From an uncultured Granulosicoccus sp. (lineage in GTDB: Bacteria; Planctomycetota; Planctomycetia; Pirellulales; Lacipirellulaceae): a stretch of DNA of 64,000 nucleotides. The translations under genes were made by a program, and so were the position numbers. Positions within the stretch are counted from its first letter, which is position 1; the number at the start of each line of letters is the position of its first letter. The notes beneath the pieces are model-generated. The model saw only the letters and a list, made by a program, of their open reading frames with translations. It searched no databases and was not told the origin of the DNA. The DNA is taken from assembly GCA_964195615.1 (NCBI GenBank), contig CAXMSB010000159.1, positions 1,747 to 65,746 on the forward strand, read 5' to 3'. This document shows, one piece after another, positions 38,015-49,157 of this stretch.

Positions 38015-38818
38015 ATGAGCGTTCAAACCCTCTATACTGCCGCCACGGGCATGGAAGCCCTCGAGACCAAGCTCGACGTGATCGCCAATAACATGGCGAA
38101 TATCAACACGACCGGGTTCAAGAAAGATCGGGCGAATTTCGAGGACCTCATCTATCGGGTCAATCGGCTGCCTGGCTCGACCGACGCCGACGGGAATCTC
38201 ACCTCGACCGGTATCGAAGTCGGTTTGGGTACCCGGGTCACCAGCACGCAGACCAATCACACCCAAGGCGCGATGCAGGCCACCGGCAACCCGATGGATT
38301 TCGCCATCCAGGGTCGTGGATTTTTCAAGGTAACCGATCCCGCTGGAGATTTTCTGTACACCCGGGCCGGCAATTTTGGCGTCAACGCCACGGGACAACT
38401 GGTGTTGGGTTCGGCCCACACCGGTTGGGTGGTCGACCCGGCGGTGACCATTCCCGACAACGCGGTCGACGTGGTGGTCACCTCCGATGGTCAGGTACAG
38501 TACCGCACAACTGACACTCCCACGCTGCAAACCGCTGGGCAACTCAGCCTGGCAACCTTTATCAACCCCGACGGCCTGCTGAAAGTGGGTGACAATCTCT
38601 ACAAGGAAACCGACGCTTCGGGAACGGCCACGGATCTCAATCCTGGATCGCCCGGCGTTGGCGTGGTTGCACAGGGCGCGCTGGAGTCGTCGAACGTCGA
38701 GCCGGTGCAGGAATTGATCGACCTGATCACCACGCAGCGGGCGTTCGAGCTCAACTCGCAAGTGGTGCAGGCCGGCGACCAGATCATGCAAATCGCCGCC
38801 AATCTCCGACGAGGCTAA
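38015..38818 (+). CDS. flgG: Flagellar distal rod protein FlgG
   Basis: ANNMANINTTGFKK, FEDLIY, LESSNV, QRAFELNS. Confidence 0.95.
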   Translation: MSVQTLYTAATGMEALETKLDVIANNMANINTTGFKKDRANFEDLIYRVNRLPGSTDADGNLTSTGIEVGLGTRVTSTQTNHTQGAMQATGNPMDFAIQGRGFFKVTDPAGDFLYTRAGNFGVNATGQLVLGSAHTGWVVDPAVTIPDNAVDVVVTSDGQVQYRTTDTPTLQTAGQLSLATFINPDGLLKVGDNLYKETDASGTATDLNPGSPGVGVVAQGALESSNVEPVQELIDLITTQRAFELNSQVVQAGDQIMQIAANLRRG

Positions 38819-38828
38819 GACCCACGAC

Positions 38829-39887
38829 ATGAAATCACTCACCATAAGACTATTGGTTATTTTCGTCGCCGTGCTGGCCGCTGGTGCTCCGTCGGCGTTT
38901 GGGGCGAACGTGTCGCTCCGTGCCAGGTCGAACCACCAAGGCACGATGGTCCGACTGGGCGACATTGCCGACATCTCGGCCGCGTCGACCACCGAACTCA
39001 ACGACCTGAGCACCACGGTGCTGTTGCCGGCGCCAGCGCCCGGGACGCACCACTTTCTGCGGCGATCGCAGATTCGCGATTTGCTCGTAGCTCGGGGTGT
39101 TGATCTGGGTGCTATTTACATGAGTGGGGCTGATGTCGTTGAGCTTAGCGTCGCGAAACCGCAAGCGGTGGTTGGAGCTGTTGGAGGGTCTTCGGGTGCT
39201 CAACCGACTAGGGAAGAGATTGATTTCTCGCTGCAGGCTTTGATCCAGCGACATTTGAACCAGCAGACGGGACACACTCGTTGGCGAATAGAAACACCGC
39301 TCGATTCCTCCGCCTATCTGCGCCTGGCGAAACTCGGTTATGACCTTACCGTCTCCGGCGGGCGCAAGCCGTGGACCGGCAGGCAGTACTTCAAGGTCGT
39401 TGGCAGCCAGACTGACCAGGACGTGACCGTCGTGACGACCGTCACCAAGATTCAACCGGTGGTCACGGTGCTTCGCACCATTCAACGGGGCGACTTGATT
39501 CGTACCTCCGACGTTGAAATCAGGCAGCATGAAGGCCACCTATCCAAAGCGGCAGTTTCCAGCTTAGCGGAAGCCGTCGGCATGGAAGCCCAACGCTCCA
39601 TCAAGGCGGATACGATCGTCTTGGAAAACCACTTGAGAGCCCCGCTGCTGGTCGAACGGGGCGAGACCGTGACCATCTTTGCCCATACCGCGGGAATCAC
39701 CGTGCGAACATTCGCCGTGGCCCGCCAGGACGGCGCCCATGGAGAACTGGTACAGGTGGAAAGGCTCAATAGCAAAGAGCGATTCGTGGCCCGTGTTTCG
39801 GGGCGACGCCAATTGGAAGTGCTGGCGACGGGCGCCACGACCGGCGACTTCGCCACGCTGCCGCGCCACGAGCCGCTACGACGCTAG
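38829..39887 (+). CDS. flgA: P-ring chaperone FlgA
   Basis: VRLGDIA, SAF-like region, LVERGETV, ARQDG; position in cluster. Confidence 0.85.
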   Translation: MKSLTIRLLVIFVAVLAAGAPSAFGANVSLRARSNHQGTMVRLGDIADISAASTTELNDLSTTVLLPAPAPGTHHFLRRSQIRDLLVARGVDLGAIYMSGADVVELSVAKPQAVVGAVGGSSGAQPTREEIDFSLQALIQRHLNQQTGHTRWRIETPLDSSAYLRLAKLGYDLTVSGGRKPWTGRQYFKVVGSQTDQDVTVVTTVTKIQPVVTVLRTIQRGDLIRTSDVEIRQHEGHLSKAAVSSLAEAVGMEAQRSIKADTIVLENHLRAPLLVERGETVTIFAHTAGITVRTFAVARQDGAHGELVQVERLNSKERFVARVSGRRQLEVLATGATTGDFATLPRHEPLRR

Positions 39888-39933
39888 ACCCACACATTTA
39901 TCTTTCACAGTCCAATAGCAACGAGAACTTCCG

Positions 39934-40617
39934 ATGAAGCGGGAAATCATTCAACACGCCTGTTACGCCCTGACGGCCGTCGCCCTGGCGGCCGGCTCGG
40001 TCGAGGCACAAGACGGCAGCTTGTTTCTTAAGTCGGCCCAATCGCCACAGGGGCTCACGCTGCAAAACAGCTCGTTCATCCATCTCGATTTGCCGCCGGA
40101 GGCCCGTCCTCGCGAGTTGCAGGAACAGGATATCATCACGGTACTGGTCGACTTCCGCTCGCGTTTCTTGAGCGAAGGCGATGCCGAAAGCCGCAAGACG
40201 GCTAGCATCGCAGCGGTGCTAGCCGACTGGCTAAGACTCGACGGCGGCGCCATCAAGCCCGCCCCGCAATCCGACGGAGACCCGACAATTACCGGCTCGC
40301 TGAACAGTCAATTTCGGGCCGAGGCAGACGCGACGAGCCGCGATTCGTTGACCTTCCGCATTGCCGCGAAGATCGTCGACATTCGGCCCAACGGAAACCT
40401 GGTAATCGAAGCCCATCAAGTGATTCGCAACAACGAGGAGCGTTGGCGAATTTCGCTCACGGGTGTCGTGCGTCGCGAAGCGATTCAAGCGGATCGTACG
40501 GTGAGCAGCGACTCCATCGCCGAGCTGCAAATTGACAAGGATGAACTGGGCCAGGTCCGCGACGGGTACGCCCGCGGCTGGCTCGGGCGTTGGTACGACC
40601 ATTACAAACCGTTTTAA
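39934..40617 (+). CDS. flgH: L-ring protein FlgH
   Basis: DIITVLV, VDIRPNGNLVIE, LTGVVR...DRTV.S..IA. Confidence 0.9.
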   Translation: MKREIIQHACYALTAVALAAGSVEAQDGSLFLKSAQSPQGLTLQNSSFIHLDLPPEARPRELQEQDIITVLVDFRSRFLSEGDAESRKTASIAAVLADWLRLDGGAIKPAPQSDGDPTITGSLNSQFRAEADATSRDSLTFRIAAKIVDIRPNGNLVIEAHQVIRNNEERWRISLTGVVRREAIQADRTVSSDSIAELQIDKDELGQVRDGYARGWLGRWYDHYKPF

Positions 40618-40777
40618 TGATGACTGCGCGCCCAATGGCCCCAATGTTAGCGTTTGCTAGCGAAATCCAGGCTTCCGTTGGGCGCCTTCGGCTCATTGGA
40701 AACGCAGAGGTCAATAGGGTCGAGAGTCGAAGGTCGAGAGTCTAGAGCCAGATTGTTAGCTGTTGGAAATGGATACC

Positions 40778-41887
40778 ATGAGAAAGAATCAAGAAGTTCT
40801 CCGAATTCTGCTGGTGGTGGTTACCTGCTGGGCGATGGTCGTCGGCGATGCGCCGAGCGCCTCGGCCCGGACGCTGCTGCGGAACATTTGTCGTGTGAAG
40901 GGGCAGGAAGAAAACAAGCTGCGAGGCCTGGGTCTGGTGGTCGGGTTGAACGGCACGGGCGAAGCGAACGACGCCCAAACGATGCGTGCCCTGTCGCGTG
41001 CCATGGAGGTCATGGGCAGCCCGATTCCTCAGACCGGACTGCCGGGGCAGGGGGGCGTCTCCGAACGGTTCAAGATTCAAGGAAGTCTCGCGGAACTGAA
41101 GAAGATCAAGAATGTCGCCCTCGTCTGGGTCACCGCCACCGTTCCGGCAACAGGTGCTCGCCGCGGCGATAAACTCGACTGCAGCGTGAGCGCGATCAAT
41201 GGCAAAAGCCTGGACGGCGGCCAACTGACCTTCGCTGCTCTGAAGGGTCCGAATATTCAGGACGAAAGCGTCTATGCTCTCGCCGAAGGCGCGATTCATC
41301 TGGAAAACCCCGAGCATCCGACGGCCGGCAGAATTCACAACGGCTGTCAGATGGAAGCGGACGTCTACACGCCGTTTATTGATGACGGACTCATTACTCT
41401 GGTCTTAGAGAAAAACCACGCCAATTTCCAGACCTCCAGCGACATCGCCGGCATTATCCGCCAAACCTATTTCCAGCACCATCCCAATGATATCCAGGCC
41501 ATAAATGCCTCGAATATCGCAATGAAGGTGCCTGACATTTATGTGGACGACCCGGTGGACTTCATCTCCATCTTGCTCGACACGCAGGTCTACGCGCCCG
41601 AGCCTGAGGCCCGGGTGGTAATCAACGAACGGACCGGCAGCATCGTCATCAGTGGCGACGTACAGATCGGCGACGTCGTGGTTTCTCACAAGAACATTGT
41701 CGTCGACGCCGCAGCTCAGGTCCCCCCTTTCGCGGCTTTGGATCCCCAGGATGAGGGCGATTCACCCAAGCTGACCGCTTTGGTCGACGCCTTGAACGCT
41801 TTGAAGGTGCCCAACGCGGACGCCATCGACATCATCAAGAACATCGAACGCAGTGGTAAGCTGCACGGCCGACTGATTATCGAGTAA
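40778..41887 (+). CDS. flgI: P-ring protein FlgI
   Basis: GLGLVVGLNGTG, VSAING.SLDGG, ARVVINERTGSIV. Confidence 0.93.
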   Translation: MRKNQEVLRILLVVVTCWAMVVGDAPSASARTLLRNICRVKGQEENKLRGLGLVVGLNGTGEANDAQTMRALSRAMEVMGSPIPQTGLPGQGGVSERFKIQGSLAELKKIKNVALVWVTATVPATGARRGDKLDCSVSAINGKSLDGGQLTFAALKGPNIQDESVYALAEGAIHLENPEHPTAGRIHNGCQMEADVYTPFIDDGLITLVLEKNHANFQTSSDIAGIIRQTYFQHHPNDIQAINASNIAMKVPDIYVDDPVDFISILLDTQVYAPEPEARVVINERTGSIVISGDVQIGDVVVSHKNIVVDAAAQVPPFAALDPQDEGDSPKLTALVDALNALKVPNADAIDIIKNIERSGKLHGRLIIE

Positions 41888-41930
41888 CCCCTTTCTCGCC
41901 GTCGACTGTGACGGAGAAATTGCCACCGCC

Positions 41931-42359
41931 ATGAAAATCAACTCCCTTCAACTCCCGACGGTCGCGCCGATTGACCAGGCGACGAGCAGCGCCATACGAG
42001 GCCTGCAGCAGTCCGAAGGGGTCCTGAAGACGGGCAGTGCCAAACAGCGTCTGCAAGAGGCCGAAGAGGTCCAGAAGACGTTTCGCCAGTTCGTGGGCGA
42101 GGCCTTCTTCGGCCAAATGCTCAAGGCGATGCGCAGTACGCAGGGCAAGCCAGCCTACTTCCATGGCGGACAAGCCGAGGAAGTGTTCCGCGGGCAATTG
42201 GATCAGGAACTGTCTGAAGTGATGACCGAAGCCAGTGCGGACACGATCGCCGATCCAATGTTCCGTCAGCAGTTTCCTCGGCAGGCGGCCCTGCTCGAGG
42301 AGAATTCGAAGCGGGAGCAATCGTCGCTCTCCGATCTTAGTCGTTTGCAGCGACGTTAA
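41931..42359 (+). CDS. flgJ: Single-domain rod-binding FlgJ
   Basis: FFGQMLKAMRST...GGQAEEVFRGQLDQE. Confidence 0.85.
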   Translation: MKINSLQLPTVAPIDQATSSAIRGLQQSEGVLKTGSAKQRLQEAEEVQKTFRQFVGEAFFGQMLKAMRSTQGKPAYFHGGQAEEVFRGQLDQELSEVMTEASADTIADPMFRQQFPRQAALLEENSKREQSSLSDLSRLQRR

Positions 42360-42387
42360 TCTCACCCCTTGATCGAGACACACATCG

Positions 42388-42873
42388 ATGGACATCCATT
42401 GGGAAACCGAGCTTGCTGAACTGTTGAGCCGATTGTCGAACGCGCAGCAGCAGTTGCTAGCATTGCTTACCAAGAAAGGCGACCTGCTCACGAGCAGGGA
42501 TCACCAGGGACTGGCGGCTCTGATGCCGGAGGAAGAATCGCTCTGCGGCGAACTGCAAGCATGCTACCAGCGTCGGCAAGAATTACTTACCGACGCGGAA
42601 GCCGCCGGTTTGCCCTCTGATAGCATCCAGTCGCTGGCCGGCGCGTTGCCCTCGGAGACGGCAAAACCCTTTGAAAAACCACTTCAAGAGTCGGCGGAGC
42701 GCTCACGCTTGCTACGCCATCACAGCATCACTCAGTGGGTCGTGGTGCAACGAACTTTGCTGCATCTGTCCCATATGTTGGAGATTATTGCTACCGGAGG
42801 CCAATCTAAGCCGACATATGGGAATGGAGATGCATCGAACAGTAGTGGTGCGCTCATGGATCGAGCAGCTTAG
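42388..42873 (+). CDS. flgN: FlgN-family export chaperone
   Basis: Helical ~160 aa between flgJ and flgK. Confidence 0.7.
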   Translation: MDIHWETELAELLSRLSNAQQQLLALLTKKGDLLTSRDHQGLAALMPEEESLCGELQACYQRRQELLTDAEAAGLPSDSIQSLAGALPSETAKPFEKPLQESAERSRLLRHHSITQWVVVQRTLLHLSHMLEIIATGGQSKPTYGNGDASNSSGALMDRAA

Positions 42874-42924
42874 GGAGACGATATTTCGCGTCCCTGAGCC
42901 CTGACCTCTGACCTCTTTTCACAC

Positions 42925-44631
42925 ATGTCGCTATTCGGCTCCATTCAGTTGGCGGGCAATACGCTGCAGGCCATGCAAATTGGCTTGCATGTGGTGGGCA
43001 ATAATATTGCCAATGCCAATACGCCCGGCTTCATCCGCGAGAAAGCTATCTTCGCGGCGGCTCCGGTCCAGAAAATTGGCAATCTGACGCTGGGGCTCGG
43101 CGTCGAAGTTGCTGGGATTGTGCAAAGCGTCGACAAGTTCGTCGAAGGACGACTGCGCGACGCCGGCAGTGATCGGGCTAGCGCCGAAATACAAGAAAAG
43201 GTCTACCGCGATCTGGAATTAAGCTTGGGAGAGCTGAGCGACGTTGACATCAGCACCGCGCTAACAAAGTTCTTCGGCAGCATCGATCTGGTGACCCAGA
43301 CGCCCGAAGACATCGCCATCCGCAATCTGGCGATCGCCGACGGTGTGACGCTCGCTCAGCGAATCAACACCATCGACCGTCGCGTGCGGGCGATTCACCA
43401 GGATTTCAGCAGTCGGGTCAAGAACATTGCCAGCGAGGTCAACACACTCACCGAACAGATTCGCAAACTCAATCTGCAGATTGTTACCACCGAAGGGGGC
43501 GGCGCATCGGGCAGCGACGCCGGCGCACTGCGCAGCCAGCGCAACTCAGCCCTGAAGCAATTGGCCGAGATCACGAACGTCACGGCCACCGAACAACCGA
43601 CGGGCACGATCAACGTATCGGTCAACGGCGAGTTGCTTGTGTTCGAGGGCACGCGGCGGGAAGTCTCCGTCGCGTTGGTCAACGAGAATGGGTTGACGCG
43701 CACCGAAATCCGCTATGTCGACAATGACAGTCCCTTGATTGTTTCCGGCGGCGAATTGCATGGCATCTACGAATCGCGCGACTCGATCGTCACTGGATTC
43801 CTGGGAGGCCTCGACAAGTTCGCCTCGACTTTGGCTTTTGAATTCAACAAGATTTATTCCCAAGGCGAAGGAAAGGTGGGGTTCACTTCGCTCACGAGCG
43901 TTGAACGAGTCGGCGATCCCAACGCGGTATTGAACGCCGCGGGTCTCGATTTCACGCCCGTGAGCGGGCATTTTACGTTCAACGTACGAAACAAGGACTC
44001 CGGTCTATCTGACAGCCACGACATTTTCGTCGACCTCAACGGCTTGGATGGCGACACGACGCTGACTTCGCTGGCCAGTACGCTCGACGCGATCGACGGC
44101 GTCTCGGCACAGGTTACCTTCAACAACGAATTGGAGATCACCGCCGATTCGGCCGACGTGGAATTTAGCTTTGCCGGCGATACGAGCGGATTTTTGGCGG
44201 CGATAGGAATCAACACGTTCTTCACCGGCTCTTCCGCCAGAAACCTGGGCGTGAACCAAGTGTTGAGGACCGACGTAACCGCAGGCACCAAGTTCGCTGC
44301 CAGTGCTTCGGGAATCGGCGACAAAGCAGACAATGCCTTGCGTTTGATCAACCTCCACGATACGTCAATCGAAAGTCTGGACGGCGGTTCGATCACCGAA
44401 GTCTACGATCAGTTGGTCAACGACACGACGCAAGGCGCCACGGTCTCGGCCGCGGTGGCCGATGGTTTGCGCGTCTTCGAGGGTACCTTGGACGCCAGCG
44501 CTCAAGCGATCAGCGGAGTGAACCTCGACGAAGAGGCGATCGACATGATCATGCTCCAGCGAACCTATCAAGCCTCCGCCCGATACATTTCAACCCTGGC
44601 AGAATTGATGGATTTGTTAGTTAATCTGTAA
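42925..44631 (+). CDS. flgK: Hook-associated protein FlgK
   Basis: VVGNNIANANTPGF.RE, SGVNLDEE, YQASAR. Confidence 0.95.
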   Translation: MSLFGSIQLAGNTLQAMQIGLHVVGNNIANANTPGFIREKAIFAAAPVQKIGNLTLGLGVEVAGIVQSVDKFVEGRLRDAGSDRASAEIQEKVYRDLELSLGELSDVDISTALTKFFGSIDLVTQTPEDIAIRNLAIADGVTLAQRINTIDRRVRAIHQDFSSRVKNIASEVNTLTEQIRKLNLQIVTTEGGGASGSDAGALRSQRNSALKQLAEITNVTATEQPTGTINVSVNGELLVFEGTRREVSVALVNENGLTRTEIRYVDNDSPLIVSGGELHGIYESRDSIVTGFLGGLDKFASTLAFEFNKIYSQGEGKVGFTSLTSVERVGDPNAVLNAAGLDFTPVSGHFTFNVRNKDSGLSDSHDIFVDLNGLDGDTTLTSLASTLDAIDGVSAQVTFNNELEITADSADVEFSFAGDTSGFLAAIGINTFFTGSSARNLGVNQVLRTDVTAGTKFAASASGIGDKADNALRLINLHDTSIESLDGGSITEVYDQLVNDTTQGATVSAAVADGLRVFEGTLDASAQAISGVNLDEEAIDMIMLQRTYQASARYISTLAELMDLLVNL

Positions 44632-44719
44632 TCCGGGTCCTGCCCTTTACGAGTGCCCTCTGAAAAGTTTCCGACCCTGACCTCTGACCTCTGACCTCTG
44701 TCCCCAAAGACCCACCGTC

Positions 44720-47713
44720 ATGGCCGGACTCGTTCCCATCCCGACCTCGCGAATCCCAGGCCTGCTAGCCCGAGAGCGTCTGACGCAACAGATGCAAGCG
44801 GACCAGATTTCCCTGTTTCGCCTGCAGGATCAAGTGAGCACGGGGCGGCGCATCATCTTGCCCAGCGACGACGCTCCTTCCGCCCTGCGCAGCATCGCCT
44901 TGCAACGGCTGTTGGAGCGGAAGACTCAGTTGGATAGCAACATCTCCACAGGCCAATCGTTCTTGGAAAACACCTGGTCCACCTTGGGGTCGGTCGCCAC
45001 GCAGATGATCGACATCAAGGCCGCCACGCTAGGGGTTGTGGGCAACGTCACTACCGAGGAAGAACGAAACACCGCGATCATCGACATCAACAAGACGTTG
45101 GACAGCCTCGTTGGCATAGCCAATAAGCAGTTTCGTGGCCGCTATCTCTTCGCGGGTTCGCAGACGAGCCAGATACCGTTTTCCATGGAAAATGGCAGCG
45201 TCGTCTACCACGGCGACGACGGCTCGGTGCAAAGCTATTCAGACATCGGCGTGTTGTTTTCTTCCAACGCCTCGGGCCTCTCGGTGTTCGGCGGCGTCTC
45301 CGACGCGGTGTTCGGCTCCATCGACCTGAATCCGCCAATCAACGAGAACACTTTGCTAAGCAGCTTGCGTGGCGGTGCTGGCATTAAGACGAACGGTGCA
45401 TTCACGATTTCCGACGGGTCGAGCAGTTCGATCATCGACGTGAGCGGCGCTGTCACCGTGGGCGACGTGAAGCGGCTTGTCGAAGAAAACGTCCCCGGCA
45501 ACCGCGAGCTTACGGTTGGCATCACCGGACAGGGAATCAATCTGCAGTTCGATCCCAGCCTCGCCGCCAACGCGGGAGCCAACCTGATCGTTCAGGAAAT
45601 GGGCACCGGCACCACTGCACGTGAATTGGGCATTTTCACGACCGCCGGTGTTGGCACCGGGCTGCTGACGGGCCAAGATCTCGACCCGATCATCCGCGGC
45701 ACGACCCAGCTCGACGATCTGCTGGGAACCAAAGCCCGTGCAGAGCTGACCAACGGCGGCGACAACAACGATATTCAGTTGGAGGCCGCGGTAAACGGGA
45801 CGGCAGCGGACGGCGTGACGGTGCAGTTCGTGGACGACAGTCTGCTTCTGGCCTCTTCCGGTCTCACAGCCGGCAACGAAGTGGCCACTTATAACGCCAA
45901 TGCCCAGGCGTCCTCCGCGGCGCTCACGTTTTCCGGCTCGAACAACGATTTGGTGATCACGGCCACGACGCCCAGCTCAGCCTTCAACGATGTGAGGATC
46001 GACGTCCAGCCGACTGCCGTCGGAGGAGTTCCGACTGCAAGCTACGATTCAGTGAACAAAGTACTAACAATCAACCTTGAGTCGGATGGATCTTCGGACG
46101 CCAGTCAGGTGAAAACGGCCATCGATGGCTTGGCCGAGTTCAACGCTGCCTTGGACACCTCCGTGGAAACCGGCAACACGGGCCTGGGGACGATCGGAAC
46201 GCTTACCCAAGCCGGTTTCGGCAACACCGGCAACAGCGGGGGAGATGCCAAGACGCTCTACGTTTTCATCGATCCCGGCGCCACCACGGCCAACGACGTC
46301 GTCACCGCCATCGGGGCCGAAGGCACGTTTACCGCGAAACTCGATCCCGACGACACCACGTCTACCGCCCTTGCGGGGACGGGGCTCGTGGACCTCGCCG
46401 CCACGGCGACGACCTCGGGCGGCAGCGGCTCGACTCTGGACCAAACCTCCGGCATCCGGGTGGTCAACGGGGGCCAGACGTACGACATCACGTTCGAGAA
46501 TGCCGAGAATGTCAACGACTTGCTCAACATTCTCAACGCGTCCGACGCCGGACTGCAAGCCGAGATCAACGCCTCGGGCTCGGGCATCAACATCCGCTCC
46601 CGCTTGAGCGGCCAAGACTTTCAGATCGGTGAAAACGGCGGCACAACAGCCACCCAACTCGGTGTGCGCTCCTACAACAACAGCACCTCGCTCAGCGAGT
46701 TCAACTACGGTGCCGGCGTGCCGACCGGCGACGGCTTTGATCTGCCAACCATCGCGGGCACGGATTTCACGATCACCACCAGTGATGGCATCAATGTTGA
46801 CGTCGACCTAAGTCCTGCCACGTCGCTCGCAGACGTTGTCACCATCATCAATACGGCTACCGCCCTGGCCGCCCCGAACGTGTCTGCCTCGTTGCCAAAT
46901 CCTCCGGGCAATGTTCTGGAACTGGTCGAAAACCCAGCACCGGGGCCAGACCAGATGACCGTTACCCAGGCGACCGGTAGCGCCGCCGGGCGATACCTTG
47001 GCTTGATTCCAGATGGTCTAGATAGCGGCATCGCAGTGGCCAACACACTCACCGGAGACGACGGAAAATACACCGACTTCACAATTACCGACGCCAACGG
47101 ACAAGACTACGGAATCGACCTGAGCGGGGCCCAAACGGTTGGCGACGTCATCGCTGCGATTAACGCAATCTCGGGGAACGCGGTCACCGCACAACTGGCC
47201 GCGGTGGGCAACGGCATCGAATTGGTGGACACCACGGGCACCAATGGGCAGCTAACGGTGAGCGAAACCTTATCCGCTCAGACTGCCGAGGCCCTGGGGC
47301 TGATACCTTCCGGCAGCGACACGGCCAGCGTCGCGGGCACGGGCGCCACGCTGACCGGCACCGACCGCAATTTCCTGGAAACCGACAGCGTGTTCACCAC
47401 GCTCATTCGGCTGCGCGACGCCCTGGAAGCCAACGACGTCACCGCGGTTTCGCGTGCCGCGGCCAAGATCGGCGACGACATCAATCGCGTCACCTTCGCC
47501 CGAGCCGAAGTCGGTGCCCGGGAACAAGGGCTCGTCATCTCTCAGCAGAACCTGCAGGACGAGGATATCCAGCTCCGTTCGGCGCTCTCCGACGAAATCG
47601 ACGTCGATCTGATCGAGGCGATCTCGAACCTCACCTCCCGACAGGTCGCCCTGGAGGCATCGCTCCGAGTCACGGCAAGTCTAATGCAGCTCTCACTGCT
47701 CAACTTCATTTAG
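44720..47713 (+). CDS. flgL: Extended hook-associated protein FlgL (997 aa)
   Basis: STGRRI..PSDD, GRYLFAGSQT; C-terminal flagellin-like helix with a large beta-rich insert. Confidence 0.9.
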   Translation: MAGLVPIPTSRIPGLLARERLTQQMQADQISLFRLQDQVSTGRRIILPSDDAPSALRSIALQRLLERKTQLDSNISTGQSFLENTWSTLGSVATQMIDIKAATLGVVGNVTTEEERNTAIIDINKTLDSLVGIANKQFRGRYLFAGSQTSQIPFSMENGSVVYHGDDGSVQSYSDIGVLFSSNASGLSVFGGVSDAVFGSIDLNPPINENTLLSSLRGGAGIKTNGAFTISDGSSSSIIDVSGAVTVGDVKRLVEENVPGNRELTVGITGQGINLQFDPSLAANAGANLIVQEMGTGTTARELGIFTTAGVGTGLLTGQDLDPIIRGTTQLDDLLGTKARAELTNGGDNNDIQLEAAVNGTAADGVTVQFVDDSLLLASSGLTAGNEVATYNANAQASSAALTFSGSNNDLVITATTPSSAFNDVRIDVQPTAVGGVPTASYDSVNKVLTINLESDGSSDASQVKTAIDGLAEFNAALDTSVETGNTGLGTIGTLTQAGFGNTGNSGGDAKTLYVFIDPGATTANDVVTAIGAEGTFTAKLDPDDTTSTALAGTGLVDLAATATTSGGSGSTLDQTSGIRVVNGGQTYDITFENAENVNDLLNILNASDAGLQAEINASGSGINIRSRLSGQDFQIGENGGTTATQLGVRSYNNSTSLSEFNYGAGVPTGDGFDLPTIAGTDFTITTSDGINVDVDLSPATSLADVVTIINTATALAAPNVSASLPNPPGNVLELVENPAPGPDQMTVTQATGSAAGRYLGLIPDGLDSGIAVANTLTGDDGKYTDFTITDANGQDYGIDLSGAQTVGDVIAAINAISGNAVTAQLAAVGNGIELVDTTGTNGQLTVSETLSAQTAEALGLIPSGSDTASVAGTGATLTGTDRNFLETDSVFTTLIRLRDALEANDVTAVSRAAAKIGDDINRVTFARAEVGAREQGLVISQQNLQDEDIQLRSALSDEIDVDLIEAISNLTSRQVALEASLRVTASLMQLSLLNFI

Positions 47714-47870
47714 CCATTTTTTCTAACCCTCCTAATCCTCCAGCGCCGATAGGTACTTCTGGATACGTTGCTAGCGTCTGCTGGCTGGGTGTCCGTAGGC
47801 GATGGGGGACGGAGTTCCGACGGCGTCGGCAGACGCCCGTGGCGAGTCAAGGAAGGCAGTAGGTAGTCCA

Positions 47871-48311
47871 ATGGATGTTTACACAACCCGGTTCGGGACG
47901 CTTTCAGTCCCTCCGCAAGACGAACTACTCTTTGACCAAGGCCTGGTGGGTCTGGAAGACTGCCGCCGATGGGTCGTTTTGACCGATTCGGACAACCCCA
48001 CCCTCGGTTGGCTGCAAAGCGTCGAGCATGGCCACGTGGCGCTAGGGATTGTGAGCCCGCGTTGTTTTGTGCCCGACTATAAACTGCGTGTCGACCGCGA
48101 TAGTTTGGCGACGTTGCAGTTGGACTCGGCGCGAGACGCGGAGGTCGCGGTCGTTGCCAGCCGACAGCCGAGCGGTCTGACGCTGAATCTGCGAGCGCCG
48201 CTGGTGATCAACGTAGAAAGAAGGCTGGGATGTCAAGTGATTGCCAAGGACGCCCACCCGGTGCAATTCCCCTTGGCCACATCACCGGTACAACTGCGAC
48301 GCAGTGCCTAG
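47871..48311 (+). CDS. fliW: Flagellar assembly factor FliW
   Basis: TTRFG, GLVGLE, WLQSV, TLNLRAPLVIN. Confidence 0.93.
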   Translation: MDVYTTRFGTLSVPPQDELLFDQGLVGLEDCRRWVVLTDSDNPTLGWLQSVEHGHVALGIVSPRCFVPDYKLRVDRDSLATLQLDSARDAEVAVVASRQPSGLTLNLRAPLVINVERRLGCQVIAKDAHPVQFPLATSPVQLRRSA

Positions 48312-48425
48312 CGGCGGCGGTGAACGAAGTCACCGTCCGACTACTATAATCGAAACATTCCCGACATAACAATTCTTTACACCCCGTCGACGCCATCCGA
48401 GCGGCGACGTGAACAGGAGCGGCTG

Positions 48426-48665
48426 ATGTTAGTTCTCTCGAGACAACGCGACGAGAGCATTATCATAGGCGACAATGTCGTCATCACGATCGTCGACATC
48501 CGGGGCGATAAGGTCAAACTCGGTATCGAAGCGCCCAGAGAGATCTCGGTGCATCGCCGGGAGGTCTACGAGGCCATCCAGCGCGAAAACCGACAGGCCG
48601 CCTTGCTGAAGCCCGAGGATGCGCGACTTCTGGACCCCAACGCGGGCAGCCCCAGCACGGAATAG
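48426..48665 (+). CDS. csrA: Carbon storage regulator
   Basis: [16 protein letters not shown]...[15 protein letters not shown]. Confidence 0.97.
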   Translation: MLVLSRQRDESIIIGDNVVITIVDIRGDKVKLGIEAPREISVHRREVYEAIQRENRQAALLKPEDARLLDPNAGSPSTE

Positions 48666-48705
48666 GCCACTCTTCGGCTGCCCCGAGCGAACTCGTAGAG
48701 ACTCT

Positions 48706-48749
48706 ATCCTCTGGCAGGGAATAATTCTCATCCTCTGGCAGGGAATAAT
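48706..48749 (+). repeat. Tandem 20-bp direct repeat
   Basis: ATCCTCTGGCAGGGAATAAT at 48706 and 48730. Confidence 0.92.
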
Positions 48750-49157
48750 CCTCGTCAGCTTGTCACTAGCGACTGTAACGCTTGTAACGGTTGCATGTTT
48801 GCTTTTATCTCGAAGAGTCAAAAACGGCGAAAAAAACTTTTCTCGGCTTAAGGTACCTATTTTACCAGGTCGATACCTGCCCTAGATGTTTCGCTAGCGG
48901 AAACAATTCCCGCTGGCACCGCGCACTGCACGCTAACTGTCCTAGAGTTGGATACTCGGATTTTCTGAGCAACCAGCCACGGGGCGGGGCAGAACATATG
49001 CCGAGGACTGTCGGCAACATTTTTTTTAGCGGTGAAGTGACAAGTGAGGCGAGTGCCCTCGACGCCGTGCGACGACAAGCGATAGGCCGGAGTCAGCTGA
49101 CTCCCCAGTATCCGGTCTTCCTATGAAAACTGGTTTTTTTAAACAGGGGTGTTTGCA

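Noticed and set aside
47723-47752. Sigma28 promoter before fliW
   Set aside because: GCCGATAG fits the -10, but no TAAA-like -35 at the expected ~15-nt spacing.
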